A stretch of 64,000 nucleotides of DNA from Actinomycetota bacterium. GTDB lineage: Bacteria > Actinomycetota > Aquicultoria > Subteraquimicrobiales > UBA9087. Location of the stretch: assembly GCA_030019215.1 (NCBI GenBank), contig JASEEZ010000001.1, positions 16,588 to 80,587 on the forward strand. The letters run 5' to 3'. The notes beneath the pieces are model-generated. The model did not search any database. It worked only from the letters and a program-made list of their open reading frames with translations, and had not been told where the DNA came from. Of this stretch, positions 63,799 through 64,000 are shown piece by piece. Each line of letters starts with the position of its first letter. Positions within the stretch are counted from its first letter, which is position 1. The translations under genes were made by a program, and so were the position numbers.

Positions 63799-64000
63799 AT
63801 GGCCAAGATCTTAAGCGCAAAGCTCGCCCGAATCGACAGAAGGGGCTACAAGGCCTACAAGACCATTTCGGGCATCTATGATTTTCCCAAATTCAAACTG
63901 TTCATCGACCATGTCCAGGGGGACCCCTTCGCCGCTCCTTCCAAGATAAGGGCGAGAGTGGATCAAGACCTGGCCAAGTTTCCCTTGGAGCATTACCGCT
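63799..64000 (+). CDS. ABC-class ATPase domain protein (COG3044-like); 5' part only, runs off the window
   Basis: Hand translation: MAKILSAKLARIDRRGYKAYKTISGIYDFPKFKLFIDHVQGDPFAAPS. Confidence 0.85.
   Translation, partial: MAKILSAKLARIDRRGYKAYKTISGIYDFPKFKLFIDHVQGDPFAAPSKIRARVDQDLAKFPLEHYR

Overview
A mostly minus-strand housekeeping segment from a moderately GC-rich bacterium. It joins two gene blocks. One is Actinomycetota-type: rplM-rpsI-glmM-glmS-acpS-nnr-alr...tsaE-tsaB-rimI-tsaD-groES-groEL-GuaB3-guaA-pcrA. The other is Bacillota-type: lysS-mcsA-mcsB-clpC-radA-disA-carD-yacL-ispDF-cysES-rlmB-sigH-tRNA-Thr. A deep-branching anaerobic actinobacterial lineage fits best, but that is inference. 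Regulatory signals read directly from the sequence: a Met-specific T-box, a perfect CIRCE, a BirA operator, a DnaA-box cluster and two sigma-28-type promoters. Most notable: (1) a Sec-signal RHS polymorphic-toxin gene behind a sigma-28 promoter, forming one 1370-codon frame broken only by two in-frame TAGs, with a frameshifted membrane immunity gene and an orphan RHS fragment; (2) a probably autoregulated five-gene operon pairing an acyl-ACP-reductase homologue with a class III aminotransferase and an SRPBCC protein (candidate fatty-amine pathway); (3) two tandem rod-like ncRNA candidates after tsaE; (4) intergenic stacks of shared heptamer/octamer repeat modules; (5) small palindromes lying in frame inside core genes; (6) a MITE in the -10 box of the T-box promoter; (7) an IS scar where the large ribosomal/RNA polymerase cluster would normally lie. 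All calls are by eye; no database searches were run.
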